Below are positions 31,010-40,553 of a DNA stretch of 64,000 bases, piece after piece. Made by a program: the position numbers and the translations under genes. Under the pieces are notes generated by a model that saw only the letters and a program-made list of their open reading frames with translations, made no database searches and had not been told where the DNA came from. This stretch comes from an uncultured Verrucomicrobiae bacterium (lineage in GTDB: Bacteria > Verrucomicrobiota > Verrucomicrobiia > Chthoniobacterales > Terrimicrobiaceae). The stretch is from assembly GCA_963810765.1 (NCBI GenBank), contig CAWEOV010000024.1:345906-409905 (forward strand), written 5' to 3'. Position 1 is the first letter of the stretch, and each line of letters opens with the position of its first letter.

Positions 31010-32305
31010 ATGAAAGCTATGGTGACATGCCTAGCTTTGTGGTTCACAGCTTTCGCCGCATGTGCTTCTGGGGAGAAAATTTGCTTCATCAAAATCGACG
31101 GGGCGATCGGTCCCGCCGCCGCGAGTTACATTGCGCGGAGCATCGACCAGACACAGTCGACCAACGCCCAGTGCCTGGTCATTCAACTCAACACACCCGG
31201 CGGACTGCTCGATTCGACGCAAGTGATCGTGCAGAACCTCTTGGCCTCGCCGAGCCCGGTCGTCGTCTATGTCGCTCCGACCGGCGCGACCGCGACGAGC
31301 GCGGGCTGTTTCATCACGCTCGCGGCAAGCGTCGCTGCGATGGCGCCGGCGACCACAATTGGTGCCGCGCATCCGGTAATGATCGGCGGGGGCCTCCCGA
31401 GCGGCGGCGACCAGAAGATCGACGACACGATGAAACAAAAGCTCGAAAACTTTTCGATTAGCTACATCGAGGCGATTGCGGCCAAACGCAATCGCAACGT
31501 CGAGTGGGCGAAATCAGCCGTGCGCGAGAGCGCGTCGATTCCGGTGGATAAGGCGCTTGAATTGAGAGTGATTGAAATCGTCGCGAAGGACATGGCGGAT
31601 TTGCAGCGGCAGTTGGACGGTCGCATCGTCGAAGGCAAGGAACTCAAGACTGCTCATGCCGAGGTCGTTGAGGTCGCGATGTCCATGAGTGAGAGAATCT
31701 TTCAAGCACTGTGGCGGCCCGAGGTGATGTTCATCCTCATGCTGATCGCGATCTACGGAATCATCGGCGAATTGAGCACGCCCGGCGCGATTCTGCCCGG
31801 AGTGGTCGGAGTGATTGCGCTGGTGCTTGCACTTTACATGGCGGCGATTCTCCCGATCAATGTGACGGGGCTTATTTTGATCGCGATCGCGTTCGCGCTG
31901 TTTGTTTTCGACGTATTCGCGCCGACCCATGGGGTGTTGACCGCCGGTGGGATCGTCGCGTTTTTGATCGGCTCGCTGATGTTGTTCGACCGCGGCGATC
32001 CGCTCTTTCGTTTGTCGCTCGCTTACATCATTCCAGCAGCGATCCTGACAGCGCTGTTCTTTGCATTTGTGGTGGGCAAAGGACTGCGAGCGCAGCTCCT
32101 GCCGATCAAGGCCGGCAAGGAAACGATGCTCGGCAAAACCGTGGCCGCATTCACGCAGATCGATTCAGCCGGCGGCAAAGTTTTCGTTGAAGGCGAATAC
32201 TGGAACGCAGTGAGCGACACGCCCGTCAAACAGGGCCAACCGGTGGAGATCGCAGCCGTGCTGGGATTGACGCTGAAGGTGAAGCCGAAACCTAAGGAAA
32301 CCTAA
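31010..32305 (+). CDS. NfeD-family membrane-bound ClpP-class serine protease (long NfeD)
   Basis: Start at ATG 31010 (GGAG 6 nt upstream) followed by a signal peptide. ClpP-like N-domain (LNTPGGLL, SAGCFI), central TM helices and a C-terminal OB-like GEYWNAVS segment. Directly upstream of the SPFH gene. Confidence 0.85.
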   Translation: MKAMVTCLALWFTAFAACASGEKICFIKIDGAIGPAAASYIARSIDQTQSTNAQCLVIQLNTPGGLLDSTQVIVQNLLASPSPVVVYVAPTGATATSAGCFITLAASVAAMAPATTIGAAHPVMIGGGLPSGGDQKIDDTMKQKLENFSISYIEAIAAKRNRNVEWAKSAVRESASIPVDKALELRVIEIVAKDMADLQRQLDGRIVEGKELKTAHAEVVEVAMSMSERIFQALWRPEVMFILMLIAIYGIIGELSTPGAILPGVVGVIALVLALYMAAILPINVTGLILIAIAFALFVFDVFAPTHGVLTAGGIVAFLIGSLMLFDRGDPLFRLSLAYIIPAAILTALFFAFVVGKGLRAQLLPIKAGKETMLGKTVAAFTQIDSAGGKVFVEGEYWNAVSDTPVKQGQPVEIAAVLGLTLKVKPKPKET

Positions 32306-32308
32306 CAT

Positions 32309-33079
32309 ATGCAACCATTAGAAGCGCTGGCAAAACTGTTCATGTGGACGGTCCCGATCATCATCCTCGGAGCCATTCTCCTCTCCCAGATGATCCGGAT
32401 TCTCCGCGAGTACGAGCGCGGGGTAATCTTCCGGCTGGGAAAATTGCTGCAAGCGAAAGGCCCCGGATTGATCTTTCTCATTCCCATCGTTGACCGCATC
32501 GTGAAAGTGGACTTGCGCGTGATCACCATCAATGTTCCCCAGCAGGAAATGATGACTCGCGACAACGTACCCGTCACCGTGGACGCTGTGGTCTATTTTC
32601 GCGTGCTTGATCCGGAGGCCGCCATCATCAAGGTGGAGAACTTTCTGAAAGCGACCTCGTTAATTGCTCAAACGACGCTACGCAGCGTCATTGGCCAAGC
32701 CGAATTGGACGAGTTGCTTTCACAACGTGAAAAAATCAATCAACGCCTGCAGGAAATTATTGACCGGCAAACCGAGCCTTGGGGAGTAAAAGTCACGGCC
32801 GTCGAAGTCAAAGACGTGATGCTGCCGGATACCATGAAGCGCGCCATGGCTGGACAAGCTGAAACCGAGCGCGAGCGCCGGGCGAAGATCATAAATGCGG
32901 AGGGCGAGTTCCAGGCCGCAGAAAAGCTGGTGCAGGCGGCGACAATGATTTCCGCGCAGCCGATCGCGCTGCAGCTACGCTATTTGCAGACAATGAAGGA
33001 GATTGCAAGCGAGCATAACACGACGACGTTTTTGCCGATCCCCATGGACCTGTTTGCTCCGTTCATCAAGAAAACGTAG
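32309..33079 (+). CDS. SPFH/band-7 (stomatin-like, slipin) protein
   Basis: [11 protein letters not shown]...PGLIFLIP...[17 protein letters not shown]...[14 protein letters not shown]; classic partner of NfeD. Confidence 0.9.
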   Translation: MQPLEALAKLFMWTVPIIILGAILLSQMIRILREYERGVIFRLGKLLQAKGPGLIFLIPIVDRIVKVDLRVITINVPQQEMMTRDNVPVTVDAVVYFRVLDPEAAIIKVENFLKATSLIAQTTLRSVIGQAELDELLSQREKINQRLQEIIDRQTEPWGVKVTAVEVKDVMLPDTMKRAMAGQAETERERRAKIINAEGEFQAAEKLVQAATMISAQPIALQLRYLQTMKEIASEHNTTTFLPIPMDLFAPFIKKT

Positions 33080-33275
33080 CCGCATTCCAACAAAGATGAC
33101 CACGACTGCAGCGCGAAGATGCGACTTTCCGTGAGCGGGTTATTACTGGCCACGGCGGTGGTGTCGGTGGCAACTTGATTCAACAGCGTGACTTCGTCAA
33201 CGGCAGCTCTGCTCGCGACGATGATGGCCAGCAGCACTGTGGCTATCGTAGCGATCGTTTGAATTGATCTTACCG

Positions 33276-33494
33276 TCAGACGCTAAGCGCCAAGGCGACA
33301 ATTGGAATTAGAAACAGAAGGCATAGCCTCCTCAATACTGAACGATTAGCTGTTGGGATATGTTCGACAGCGCGGCTGCCCGGTCGTCCCCACTCGAGCC
33401 AGTCGAGACTGAGAATTACGACGAAGCTGGAGGCAGGCAGGGTGAAAATCAGAGGACCTGCCAGTGCTCCAATTTCTTGCTGTTCGTTGTTCAT
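33276..33494 (-). CDS. small hypothetical membrane protein (weak call)
   Basis: About 72-aa ORF immediately downstream of the MFS gene, with two hydrophobic segments. No homology was recognised and no clear ribosome-binding site is present. Confidence 0.3.
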   Translation of the reverse strand: MNNEQQEIGALAGPLIFTLPASSFVVILSLDWLEWGRPGSRAVEHIPTANRSVLRRLCLLFLIPIVALALSV

Positions 33495-33511
33495 AATTTC
33501 GTCCGAATCAA

Positions 33512-34816
33512 TCAAGTTGCGAGCAATTTTCTTATGAGTCCTCGCGGTGTCACCTCTTTCGGTTCGATACGAATTGATAAGACGCTTGAAACCCTCTCTT
33601 CGAGGCTTCCTGCAAAGTTGATCGAAAGCCGACGGGCCAGAAACAGGCTCGAGAGGAATAGAACGGCCGCTGCAAGCAAGGCATAGCTTGTTCCGGCTAT
33701 TGCGCCAGCCGAACCCCAGATGACTCCCCCAAGCGCCATCGCCCCCTGCGAGATCATTATCACTGTGGCGTTCATCCGGCCTCGCGCCCAGCTTGGCATC
33801 GCACGCTGCGCCGCCAGCCAGAGTTCGGAAGCCGACATCGTCCAGCCCACGCCGGCAAGTGCCGCGATAACAAAGAATATTTCGGCCTGGCGAACTAGCG
33901 CCATTGACACGTAAACCAAGACCAGCAGCAAATTCGCCGAGAGAGTGAGGTTATCGGGCGACAAGCGAGCTCTTAGCCAGGGAATGATCAATACCGCTCC
34001 GATAATAGCTCCGGCTCCCATGCTTGTGAACAACAGACCCAAACTAGACGAACTGAGGTGCAACACTTTCAAGCCAACAACCGGCATCAATGCCGGAATC
34101 ACCGAAATGAACAGCGCAAACAGGAAGTTCCGGGCCAACACGACCTGAAATCCGGGTGCGTTACGGGCGTAGCGAACTATTGTCCCGAGAGATTTCAAAA
34201 AACTCTCCGACGGGGGAGTTGCCGGCAGGGTTGGTTGTTTCCATTGCCGAGCTGCCACAAAAACCAAGAGGAAGCAGGCGGCATTTAGAGCAAAGACAAC
34301 ATTTGCTCCGGCGAACAACACCAACAAACCACCCAATATCGGGCCGACAATTCCCGCGATACTAAATTGCAAACTTCCCAGGGTCGCTGCGGAGGGCAAC
34401 TCCTCGTCGGAGACGGCGTGGCGCACGATCGATGTCCAGGCCGGTGCGTTAATAGCAAATCCGACCCCAATCAAGAACACGCAAGCCAAAATGAGGTAAG
34501 GATTGAGAAGATTCATCCAACCAAGCGTCGCCAAAGCGGAGGCTGTTGCGGCCAGGCAAAGATTGATCGTGCAGACCAGCTTCTGACGATCGACCCTATC
34601 GGCGAGGGCGCCTGCGGGCAGTGTGAACAGAAAGAAGGGAAGAGCCGCCACGGTCGACATCAACGACAGTAAAAAGGACGACCCGGTAAAAACGTTCATC
34701 ATCCAGGTCGCCGCGCTCTCGTGAGCGACCATGCAGGTTCCGGAAATCACCGCGGCAACCCAGAGTTTTCTGAATGCCGGGTTTCTCAGTGCCGCCCAAG
34801 TGGAGTTCATTTTCAT
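33512..34816 (-). CDS. MFS transporter
   Basis: 434 aa, about 12 TM helices, N-terminus ALRNPAFRKLWVA..IS, with the loop motif ALADRVDRQK typical of the MFS_3/EntS-like subfamily. Confidence 0.85.
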   Translation of the reverse strand: MKMNSTWAALRNPAFRKLWVAAVISGTCMVAHESAATWMMNVFTGSSFLLSLMSTVAALPFFLFTLPAGALADRVDRQKLVCTINLCLAATASALATLGWMNLLNPYLILACVFLIGVGFAINAPAWTSIVRHAVSDEELPSAATLGSLQFSIAGIVGPILGGLLVLFAGANVVFALNAACFLLVFVAARQWKQPTLPATPPSESFLKSLGTIVRYARNAPGFQVVLARNFLFALFISVIPALMPVVGLKVLHLSSSSLGLLFTSMGAGAIIGAVLIIPWLRARLSPDNLTLSANLLLVLVYVSMALVRQAEIFFVIAALAGVGWTMSASELWLAAQRAMPSWARGRMNATVIMISQGAMALGGVIWGSAGAIAGTSYALLAAAVLFLSSLFLARRLSINFAGSLEERVSSVLSIRIEPKEVTPRGLIRKLLAT

Positions 34817-34925
34817 GGATGAGGGTCTTCATCCTGTTACAAAGGCGGCGGGGTTCCCGAGTTTCAGGAATTCTGTTCCTAAAGATGCCTTCACCCGTTA
34901 TTGTTGACCAAAGACCCAATTCTTC

Positions 34926-35693
34926 GTGAAACGCGACCATGGTCTGCCGGAGAGCGCGGCGAGCTTTCACGCCACACGCTGGACGATCGTCATGAGGGCG
35001 GCGCAAAGTCAGACGCAAGGGGGGGAGTCCGCATTGGCCGAGTTGTGCCGGCTCTATTGGTATCCGCTCTACATTTTCGCTCGGCGCCGGGGGCATACCC
35101 CGGATGACGCCGAGGATTTGACCCAAGGTTTTTTCCTGCACCTGCTGGAAAGCCGGGCGCTTACCGGCGTTGACCGGCTCAAAGGCAAATTTCGGTCTTT
35201 CTTGCTGGCCTCTTTCCAAAACCACCTCTCGGATGCGGTCGACCGTGCACGCAGCCTTAAAAGAGGAGGAGACAAGGAATTTGTACACCTGGATGCAGAA
35301 GAGGCAGAAGAACGCTACCGACTCGAGCCGGTCGAGTCTTTGACAGCAGAAAAGATCTTCGATGCCCGGTGGGCAATGACGGTCCTGGGAGAGGCGCTGA
35401 AGAAGCTCCGCCAAGAGTACGCCATCGCGGGAAAAGCGTCCATATTCGAAGCGCTAAAAGTTTTCCTGGATCCTAATAGCAGCGTCGCCCCACCTTCCTA
35501 CGACGAGGTGGCGAATCGGCTTGAGCTTAGCACCGGCGGGGTCAAGACACTTATCCATCGGTTGCGAAAGCGCTACACCGCCTTGTTGCGGGAGGAGGTG
35601 GGCCGCACGGTGTCAGATCCTGCGGAGATCGACGAGGAGATTCATGCTCTTTGCGACGCCCTGGTTGCATCCGAAGGGCGGTTAGGTCCATGA
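34926..35693 (+). CDS. ECF-type RNA polymerase sigma factor of the Ser/Thr-kinase-associated kind
   Basis: The N-terminus FHATRWTIVMRA, the region-2-like stretch ALAELCRLYWYPLYIFARRRGHTPDDAEDLTQGFF and the region-4 HTH YDEVANRLELSTGGVKTLIHRLRKRY are present. The stop overlaps the kinase start (ATGA 35690-35693). Confidence 0.82.
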   Translation: MKRDHGLPESAASFHATRWTIVMRAAQSQTQGGESALAELCRLYWYPLYIFARRRGHTPDDAEDLTQGFFLHLLESRALTGVDRLKGKFRSFLLASFQNHLSDAVDRARSLKRGGDKEFVHLDAEEAEERYRLEPVESLTAEKIFDARWAMTVLGEALKKLRQEYAIAGKASIFEALKVFLDPNSSVAPPSYDEVANRLELSTGGVKTLIHRLRKRYTALLREEVGRTVSDPAEIDEEIHALCDALVASEGRLGP

Positions 35694-37432
35694 AAACGGA
35701 GGACAGACGCGTCTGCCCGAGTTGCGGTAATGAGTTTTCTGGAGCAGTGGAATTCTGTCCGGTCTGCATGTTGCGCGGAGTTCTGGATGAGGAAACGGAG
35801 TCTTTTTCGGAACAAGGCTTCAGCGAGTCAACGCGCGAGGTGGGAGTGGAAAGGTTTGAGCATTATGAACTCGTCAAGGGCGAAGACGGGAAACCGGTCG
35901 AGTTGGGTCGCGGTGCGATGGGCGTCACTTACAAGGCGTTCGACGTCGATCTGCGATGCCCCGTGACATTAAAAGTCATCAGCGAAAAATATCTCGGAGA
36001 CGAATCGGCGCGGCTTCGTTTTTTGCGTGAAGCGCGCGCAGCGGCGAGCGTCCGCCATCCAAACGTTGCCTCGGTCTTCCACTTGGGCAAGAGCGGCGGG
36101 AACTACTTTTATGCGATGGAGTTTGTGGAGGGGCAAACGCTCGAGAGGCTCATCAGACGCTCCGGCCGGCTTGAGGTAAAGCTGGCGCTGGAAATTGCGA
36201 CGCAGGTCGCCGCCGGTTTGGCTGCCGTGCACAAGCAGAAGCTCGTTCACCGGGACATCAAACCAAGCAACATTATGGTGAGCTTGGATGACGCAGGCGC
36301 TGTGACGGTGAAAATCATCGACCTCGGCCTGGCCAAGGCGGTTAACGAACCAGGCAGCACCCAGACAACGATTTCAATACCCGGAGCCTTTGCAGGGACG
36401 CCAGAGTTTGCCAGTCCCGAACAATTTGTGGGAGCGGATGTGGACATCCGTTCTGATCTGTACTCGCTTGGCGTGACGCTTTGGGAGATGCTGACGGGCC
36501 AGGCGCCATTCCGAGGCTCTCCCACTGAGGCGATGTACCAGCATCAGCGCGTCCCCTTGCCAGTTGAACAACTCAGAGATGTCCCTCAACCGCTCGTCGT
36601 TCTCCTTGAAGTCCTCCTTGAGAAAGACCCGGTGCGACGCTTCCAGAGCCCAGCCGAACTCTTGAAGGTGAAGCCGATGGTAAGGGATGCCATCGAAGCG
36701 GGGAGTCCTCTCATGAAGACGATTCGAGTTTTCGTCTCCTCTACGGGCGATGTCCAAAAGGAGCGGATTCTGGCGGATCGGGTGATCCGCTCGGTTGCTG
36801 CACAATTTAACGTGCCGGTGAGTGCCGCCTTTTCAGGTTTCCAACGCTTGGCAGAAGAAAATGGTGAGTCGAAAACCGAAGCGGAGAATCACGGGACGTT
36901 GGTTCTATGTCCCTATTTTTTGGAGTATCAGAGGTTCCAATCGGGCGCGGGATGCAAGGGACAGATCCAGAACACGGCGGAATTTGATCTGGTGATTTCT
37001 ATCCTTTGGTCCCGCCTCGGTGCGATGCTGGACCCGACCTTGACGATGCCGGATGGAAGCTCACCCGGCTCGGGAACGGAATACGAAGTTGCCTGGGCGC
37101 TGGACCACGCAAGCAAGAATAGAGGCGTTCCGCTGTTGCACGTTTATCGCAACTCTTCGAAGCCGACGCCGCCGTTGGAACCGAAAGAGGAGCGCGAAGT
37201 CTTTGTTCGGCAATGGGACTCGTTGCAGGAGTTCTTTGCGCATTGGGAAAAGGACAGCGAGGGGAACTTCGCCGGGACGTGCAACAACTATCGCGACCTG
37301 CAGGAGTTTGAAGAGCTCTTCCGGGAACATTTCCGTAACTTTTTAGCGGGTCAAGTAGAGCGGGAGACCGGACAGAAAGTCTTGGGCAGGAAAGCGCGCC
37401 GGTGGAAATCCTGTCGGATTATCGCGAATTAG
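35690..37432 (+). CDS. Zn-ribbon - Hanks-type Ser/Thr protein kinase - DUF4062-like domain protein
   Basis: CPSCGN...CPVC; G-loop GRGAMGVTYKA; VTLKVI; catalytic loop HRDIKPSNIMV; DLGLA; SPEQF. From about 36715, IRVFVSSTGDV...GSGTEYE is paralogous to the N-domain of the 14236-18547 gene. Confidence 0.85.
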   Translation: MKTEDRRVCPSCGNEFSGAVEFCPVCMLRGVLDEETESFSEQGFSESTREVGVERFEHYELVKGEDGKPVELGRGAMGVTYKAFDVDLRCPVTLKVISEKYLGDESARLRFLREARAAASVRHPNVASVFHLGKSGGNYFYAMEFVEGQTLERLIRRSGRLEVKLALEIATQVAAGLAAVHKQKLVHRDIKPSNIMVSLDDAGAVTVKIIDLGLAKAVNEPGSTQTTISIPGAFAGTPEFASPEQFVGADVDIRSDLYSLGVTLWEMLTGQAPFRGSPTEAMYQHQRVPLPVEQLRDVPQPLVVLLEVLLEKDPVRRFQSPAELLKVKPMVRDAIEAGSPLMKTIRVFVSSTGDVQKERILADRVIRSVAAQFNVPVSAAFSGFQRLAEENGESKTEAENHGTLVLCPYFLEYQRFQSGAGCKGQIQNTAEFDLVISILWSRLGAMLDPTLTMPDGSSPGSGTEYEVAWALDHASKNRGVPLLHVYRNSSKPTPPLEPKEEREVFVRQWDSLQEFFAHWEKDSEGNFAGTCNNYRDLQEFEELFREHFRNFLAGQVERETGQKVLGRKARRWKSCRIIAN

Positions 37433-40407
37433 GCGAACTGAAAGGTGCGCTTGCCAAGCACGCCGAGGCGGTATTCGGCACGTTGCAACCGCATGAGCAA
37501 AGGGCGTTTCCTTTGGTGATGCGGTATCTGGTTACGTTAAGCCAGGGCGAAGAGGAAGTGCCTAACCGGCGGACGGTGCCTTACCGAGATTTCGTGGCAT
37601 CGGGGAAAAGCGACCATGATCAGAAAATCGGCGCTAAAGGCTTTGTTGATCTATTTGTTGAAAAACGGCTGTTGTTTACAGATACCGATCCGCAGGGTGA
37701 GGTTAACGTGTGCGTTGCGCACGAAGCGCTGCTACGGGAATGGGAACGGGTCAAAGATTGGCTGACCGAGAACCGTGAGTTCCTCCGAATGCGGGACCGC
37801 CTGGATTCCAGCCTGAAGCTCTGGTTGAGCCGCGGAAAGCAGAGGGATGATCTGCTCGGACCGGGACTGCCTCTGGCGGAAGGCGAAAAGCTAGTCCAAG
37901 ACTTTGGGCCATCGCTCAGCCGGGAACAGACTGATTATGTCAACGCGAGCATCACGGAGCGAAAACGGCGCAAACAGGCCCAAGAGCAGATCCGTTACGC
38001 GGTGATGGCCGCGATCAGCGTTCTCGCGATCGTCGCCGGTTTTCAATGGTTCCAGGCTGAGCGCCAGCGTCAGGGCGCGGCCCAAGCGTTTAAATCTGAA
38101 GCACAGGTCACCGCGAAACTGCATGAACAGTTGCGACAGGCGAGCTGGGCAAGCTTCAACCAGGCCGAGCGTCAGTTCCAGCTGGGAGAGTGGCGGGAAG
38201 GCATCGCTCTTCTTGCGCGGGCGATCAAGTTCGACCCGGAAAATCAAATTGCTTCAGAACGATTCTTCCACGAGCTAATCGTTCATCGCGAAAAGGCGCT
38301 GCCACCGTTCATCGCCTCCTTTGAACATCAGGACAGTCTCACTGACGCGGTGTTTAGTCCGGACGGTACTCGGATCCTCACGGCAAGCTGGGACCAAACC
38401 GCCAAGCTCTGGGATGCGGCCTCAGGCAAGCTCGTCGCCTCCTTCGCTCATCAGGGCATCGTCTGGCACGCGGCGTTTAGTTCGGACGGCACTCGAATCC
38501 TTACGGCGAGCGCGGATAAGACCGCCAAGCTCTGGGATGCGGCATCGGGCAAGCTCATAGCTTCCTTTGCTCATCAGGCTATCGTTTACAACGCGGCGTT
38601 TAGTCCGGACGGCACTCGGATCCTCACGGCGAGCGCAGACAAGACCGCCAAACTCTGGGACGCGGCCTCGGGCAGGCTCATCGCCTCCTTCGCCCATGAC
38701 GCCGACGTCAACGACGCGGCGTTTAGTGCAGACGGTGCTCGGATCCTGACGGCAAGCGCGGACCAAACCGCCAAGCTTTGGGATGCGGCCTCAGGCAAGC
38801 TCGTCGCCTCCTTCGCTCATCAGGGTATCGTCTGGCGCGCGGCGTTTAGTCCGGACGGTACTCGGATCCTCACGGCAAGCTGGGACCAAACCGCCAAGCT
38901 CTGGGATGCGGCCTCAGGCAAGCTAATAGCCTCCTTTGCCCATCAGGGTGAGGTCTTCCAAGCGGCGTTTAGTCCCGACGGTGCGCGGATCCTCACGGCG
39001 AGCGCCGACAACACCGCCAAACTCTGGGATGCAGCCTCTGCCAAGCTCATCGCCTCCTTTGCCCATCAGGCTAATGTCTACTACGCGGCGTTTAGTCCGG
39101 ACGGTGCTCGAATCCTGACGGCGAGCGCCGACAAAACCGTCAAGCTCTGGGATGCGGCCTCTGGCGAGCTGATCGCCTCCTTTGACCATCAGGATCTTGT
39201 CTTCCTCGCGGCGTTTAGTCCCGACGGTAGGCGGATCCTGACGGCGAGCGCGGATCAAAGCGCCAAGCTCTGGGATACGCCCTCGGGCAAGCTCGTTGCC
39301 TCTTTTGACCATCAGGATGGTCTCTATTATGCGGCGTTTAGTCCGGACAGTTCTCGGATCTTAACGGCGAGCGCGGACAAGACCGCCAAGCTCTGGGATG
39401 CGGCCTCGGGCGAACTGATCGGCTCTTTTGATCATCAGGACGAAGTCTTCCGAGCGGCGTTTAGTCCGGATGGTGCGTGGATCCTGACGGCGAGCGCGGA
39501 CAAAACCGCCAAGCTCTGGGATGCGGCCTCAGGCAAGCTGATAGCCTCTTTTGACCATCAGGCTAGTGTCTACTACGCGGCGTTTAGTCCGGACGGTGCT
39601 CGGATCCTGACGGCGAGCGCGGACAAGACAGCCAAGCTCTGGGATGCGGCCTCGGGCAAGCTGATAGCCTCTTTTGACCACCAAGATGCTGTCCGATGGG
39701 CGACGTTTAGTCCGGACGGTGCTCGGATCCTGACGGCAAGCTGGGACAACACCGCCAAGCTCTGGGATGCGGCTACTCCGACAGAGATGGCTCGGCAGGT
39801 GAAAGAATCGGGTGGCGCCGCAGGGAGAATAGGCTCCTCCATTTCGATGGCCCGCTCAGCCGCGCTGCAAGTCGAATCGCTCTCCGATATCGCAAGCGGA
39901 CTCCGATTTTCAGATGACGGCGCGCTCGTCGCGGTCAATGAAGAACGCAGATCGAAGCTGACCAAGCAATTAAAGGACTTAGCGCAAGACCTTCAACCCA
40001 ACGCGCGCTTCATACCGTGGTTTTTCAGTACCGGAGGTGAGCAAACGATCTTCCCGGCGAGCGACATCAAAGTTATCGAGTGGGTAGACAACGCCCTTCT
40101 CACGAATCCAACTGTAGCCGAAGAATGGGTGCGGAACGCTTTAATCTTCCTCCCCAATCACCCGTTGCTTCATATCGCGCTGGCGGGGTTTGAAACTGAC
40201 TCCAAGCGCGCTGACTTTCTTCGCTCATTCGGCTTGGTGAGGCTCCCGAAAAACAGCGTTGTCTGCACGCGTGCCAGCGAGATGCTGCTGCCGCAACATC
40301 GTCCCAAACTCGCGCTTGCCGCGGTCGATCAGGCGCTCCTCACCGATCCAACGAACGTATCTGCTCAGCGCCTTCGACTCAAAATCCTCGATGCGGTGAG
40401 CCCATGA
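37402..40407 (+). CDS. helical/winged-helix region - single TM helix - 12-blade WD40 array - C-terminal helical domain protein (STAND C-terminal half without an NTPase)
   Basis: The N-part (LSDYRELGELKGALAKHAEAVF...VAHEALLREWERVKDWL) aligns with the post-NTPase region of the 14236-18547 gene. A TM helix YAVMAAISVLAIVAGFQWF follows RKRRK. The GTG start at 37402 is only the first candidate, and this frame opens at 37339. Confidence 0.78.
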   Translation: MEILSDYRELGELKGALAKHAEAVFGTLQPHEQRAFPLVMRYLVTLSQGEEEVPNRRTVPYRDFVASGKSDHDQKIGAKGFVDLFVEKRLLFTDTDPQGEVNVCVAHEALLREWERVKDWLTENREFLRMRDRLDSSLKLWLSRGKQRDDLLGPGLPLAEGEKLVQDFGPSLSREQTDYVNASITERKRRKQAQEQIRYAVMAAISVLAIVAGFQWFQAERQRQGAAQAFKSEAQVTAKLHEQLRQASWASFNQAERQFQLGEWREGIALLARAIKFDPENQIASERFFHELIVHREKALPPFIASFEHQDSLTDAVFSPDGTRILTASWDQTAKLWDAASGKLVASFAHQGIVWHAAFSSDGTRILTASADKTAKLWDAASGKLIASFAHQAIVYNAAFSPDGTRILTASADKTAKLWDAASGRLIASFAHDADVNDAAFSADGARILTASADQTAKLWDAASGKLVASFAHQGIVWRAAFSPDGTRILTASWDQTAKLWDAASGKLIASFAHQGEVFQAAFSPDGARILTASADNTAKLWDAASAKLIASFAHQANVYYAAFSPDGARILTASADKTVKLWDAASGELIASFDHQDLVFLAAFSPDGRRILTASADQSAKLWDTPSGKLVASFDHQDGLYYAAFSPDSSRILTASADKTAKLWDAASGELIGSFDHQDEVFRAAFSPDGAWILTASADKTAKLWDAASGKLIASFDHQASVYYAAFSPDGARILTASADKTAKLWDAASGKLIASFDHQDAVRWATFSPDGARILTASWDNTAKLWDAATPTEMARQVKESGGAAGRIGSSISMARSAALQVESLSDIASGLRFSDDGALVAVNEERRSKLTKQLKDLAQDLQPNARFIPWFFSTGGEQTIFPASDIKVIEWVDNALLTNPTVAEEWVRNALIFLPNHPLLHIALAGFETDSKRADFLRSFGLVRLPKNSVVCTRASEMLLPQHRPKLALAAVDQALLTDPTNVSAQRLRLKILDAVSP
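38314..39790 (+). repeat. 12 tandem 126-bp (42-codon) near-identical WD40-blade repeats, in frame
   Basis: Unit is ASF[AED]HQxx[VL]xxAAFSPDG.RILTAS[AW]D.TAKLWDAASGKLI. Long nucleotide stretches are shared between units, e.g. ACCGCCAAGCTCTGGGATGCGGCCTC. Confidence 0.92.
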
Positions 40408-40553
40408 TCCGTTCACCGAATCTCTTGTGTTCGGCTTTAATTGCGGGTAGTTTCGACTGAGAGGTGAACCTATTTCAGGGTTCGGGGCTCGTTTGGGCAA
40501 GGAGTAGATTTGCTTTACCTAGGAGGACCGAAAAGAAAGAGGAGGCGTTAGGT

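Noticed and set aside
34866-34890. AGGAATTCTGTTCCT inverted repeat upstream of the ECF sigma gene, as a possible autoregulated ECF promoter or operator
   Set aside because: It has only 5-bp arms and no recognisable GGAAC-N16-CGT-type spacing, so it is too weak to call.
34596-35414. 272-aa minus-strand ORF spanning the MFS 5' end, the intergenic region and the sigma-factor gene
   Set aside because: It overlaps two well-supported genes on both strands and has no family features, so it is a shadow ORF.
38314-39790. A regular 126-bp periodic repeat that could be mistaken for a CRISPR array or a satellite
   Set aside because: All units are in frame inside one long ORF and encode WD40 blades. There is no repeat/spacer alternation, and the period is far longer than CRISPR repeats.
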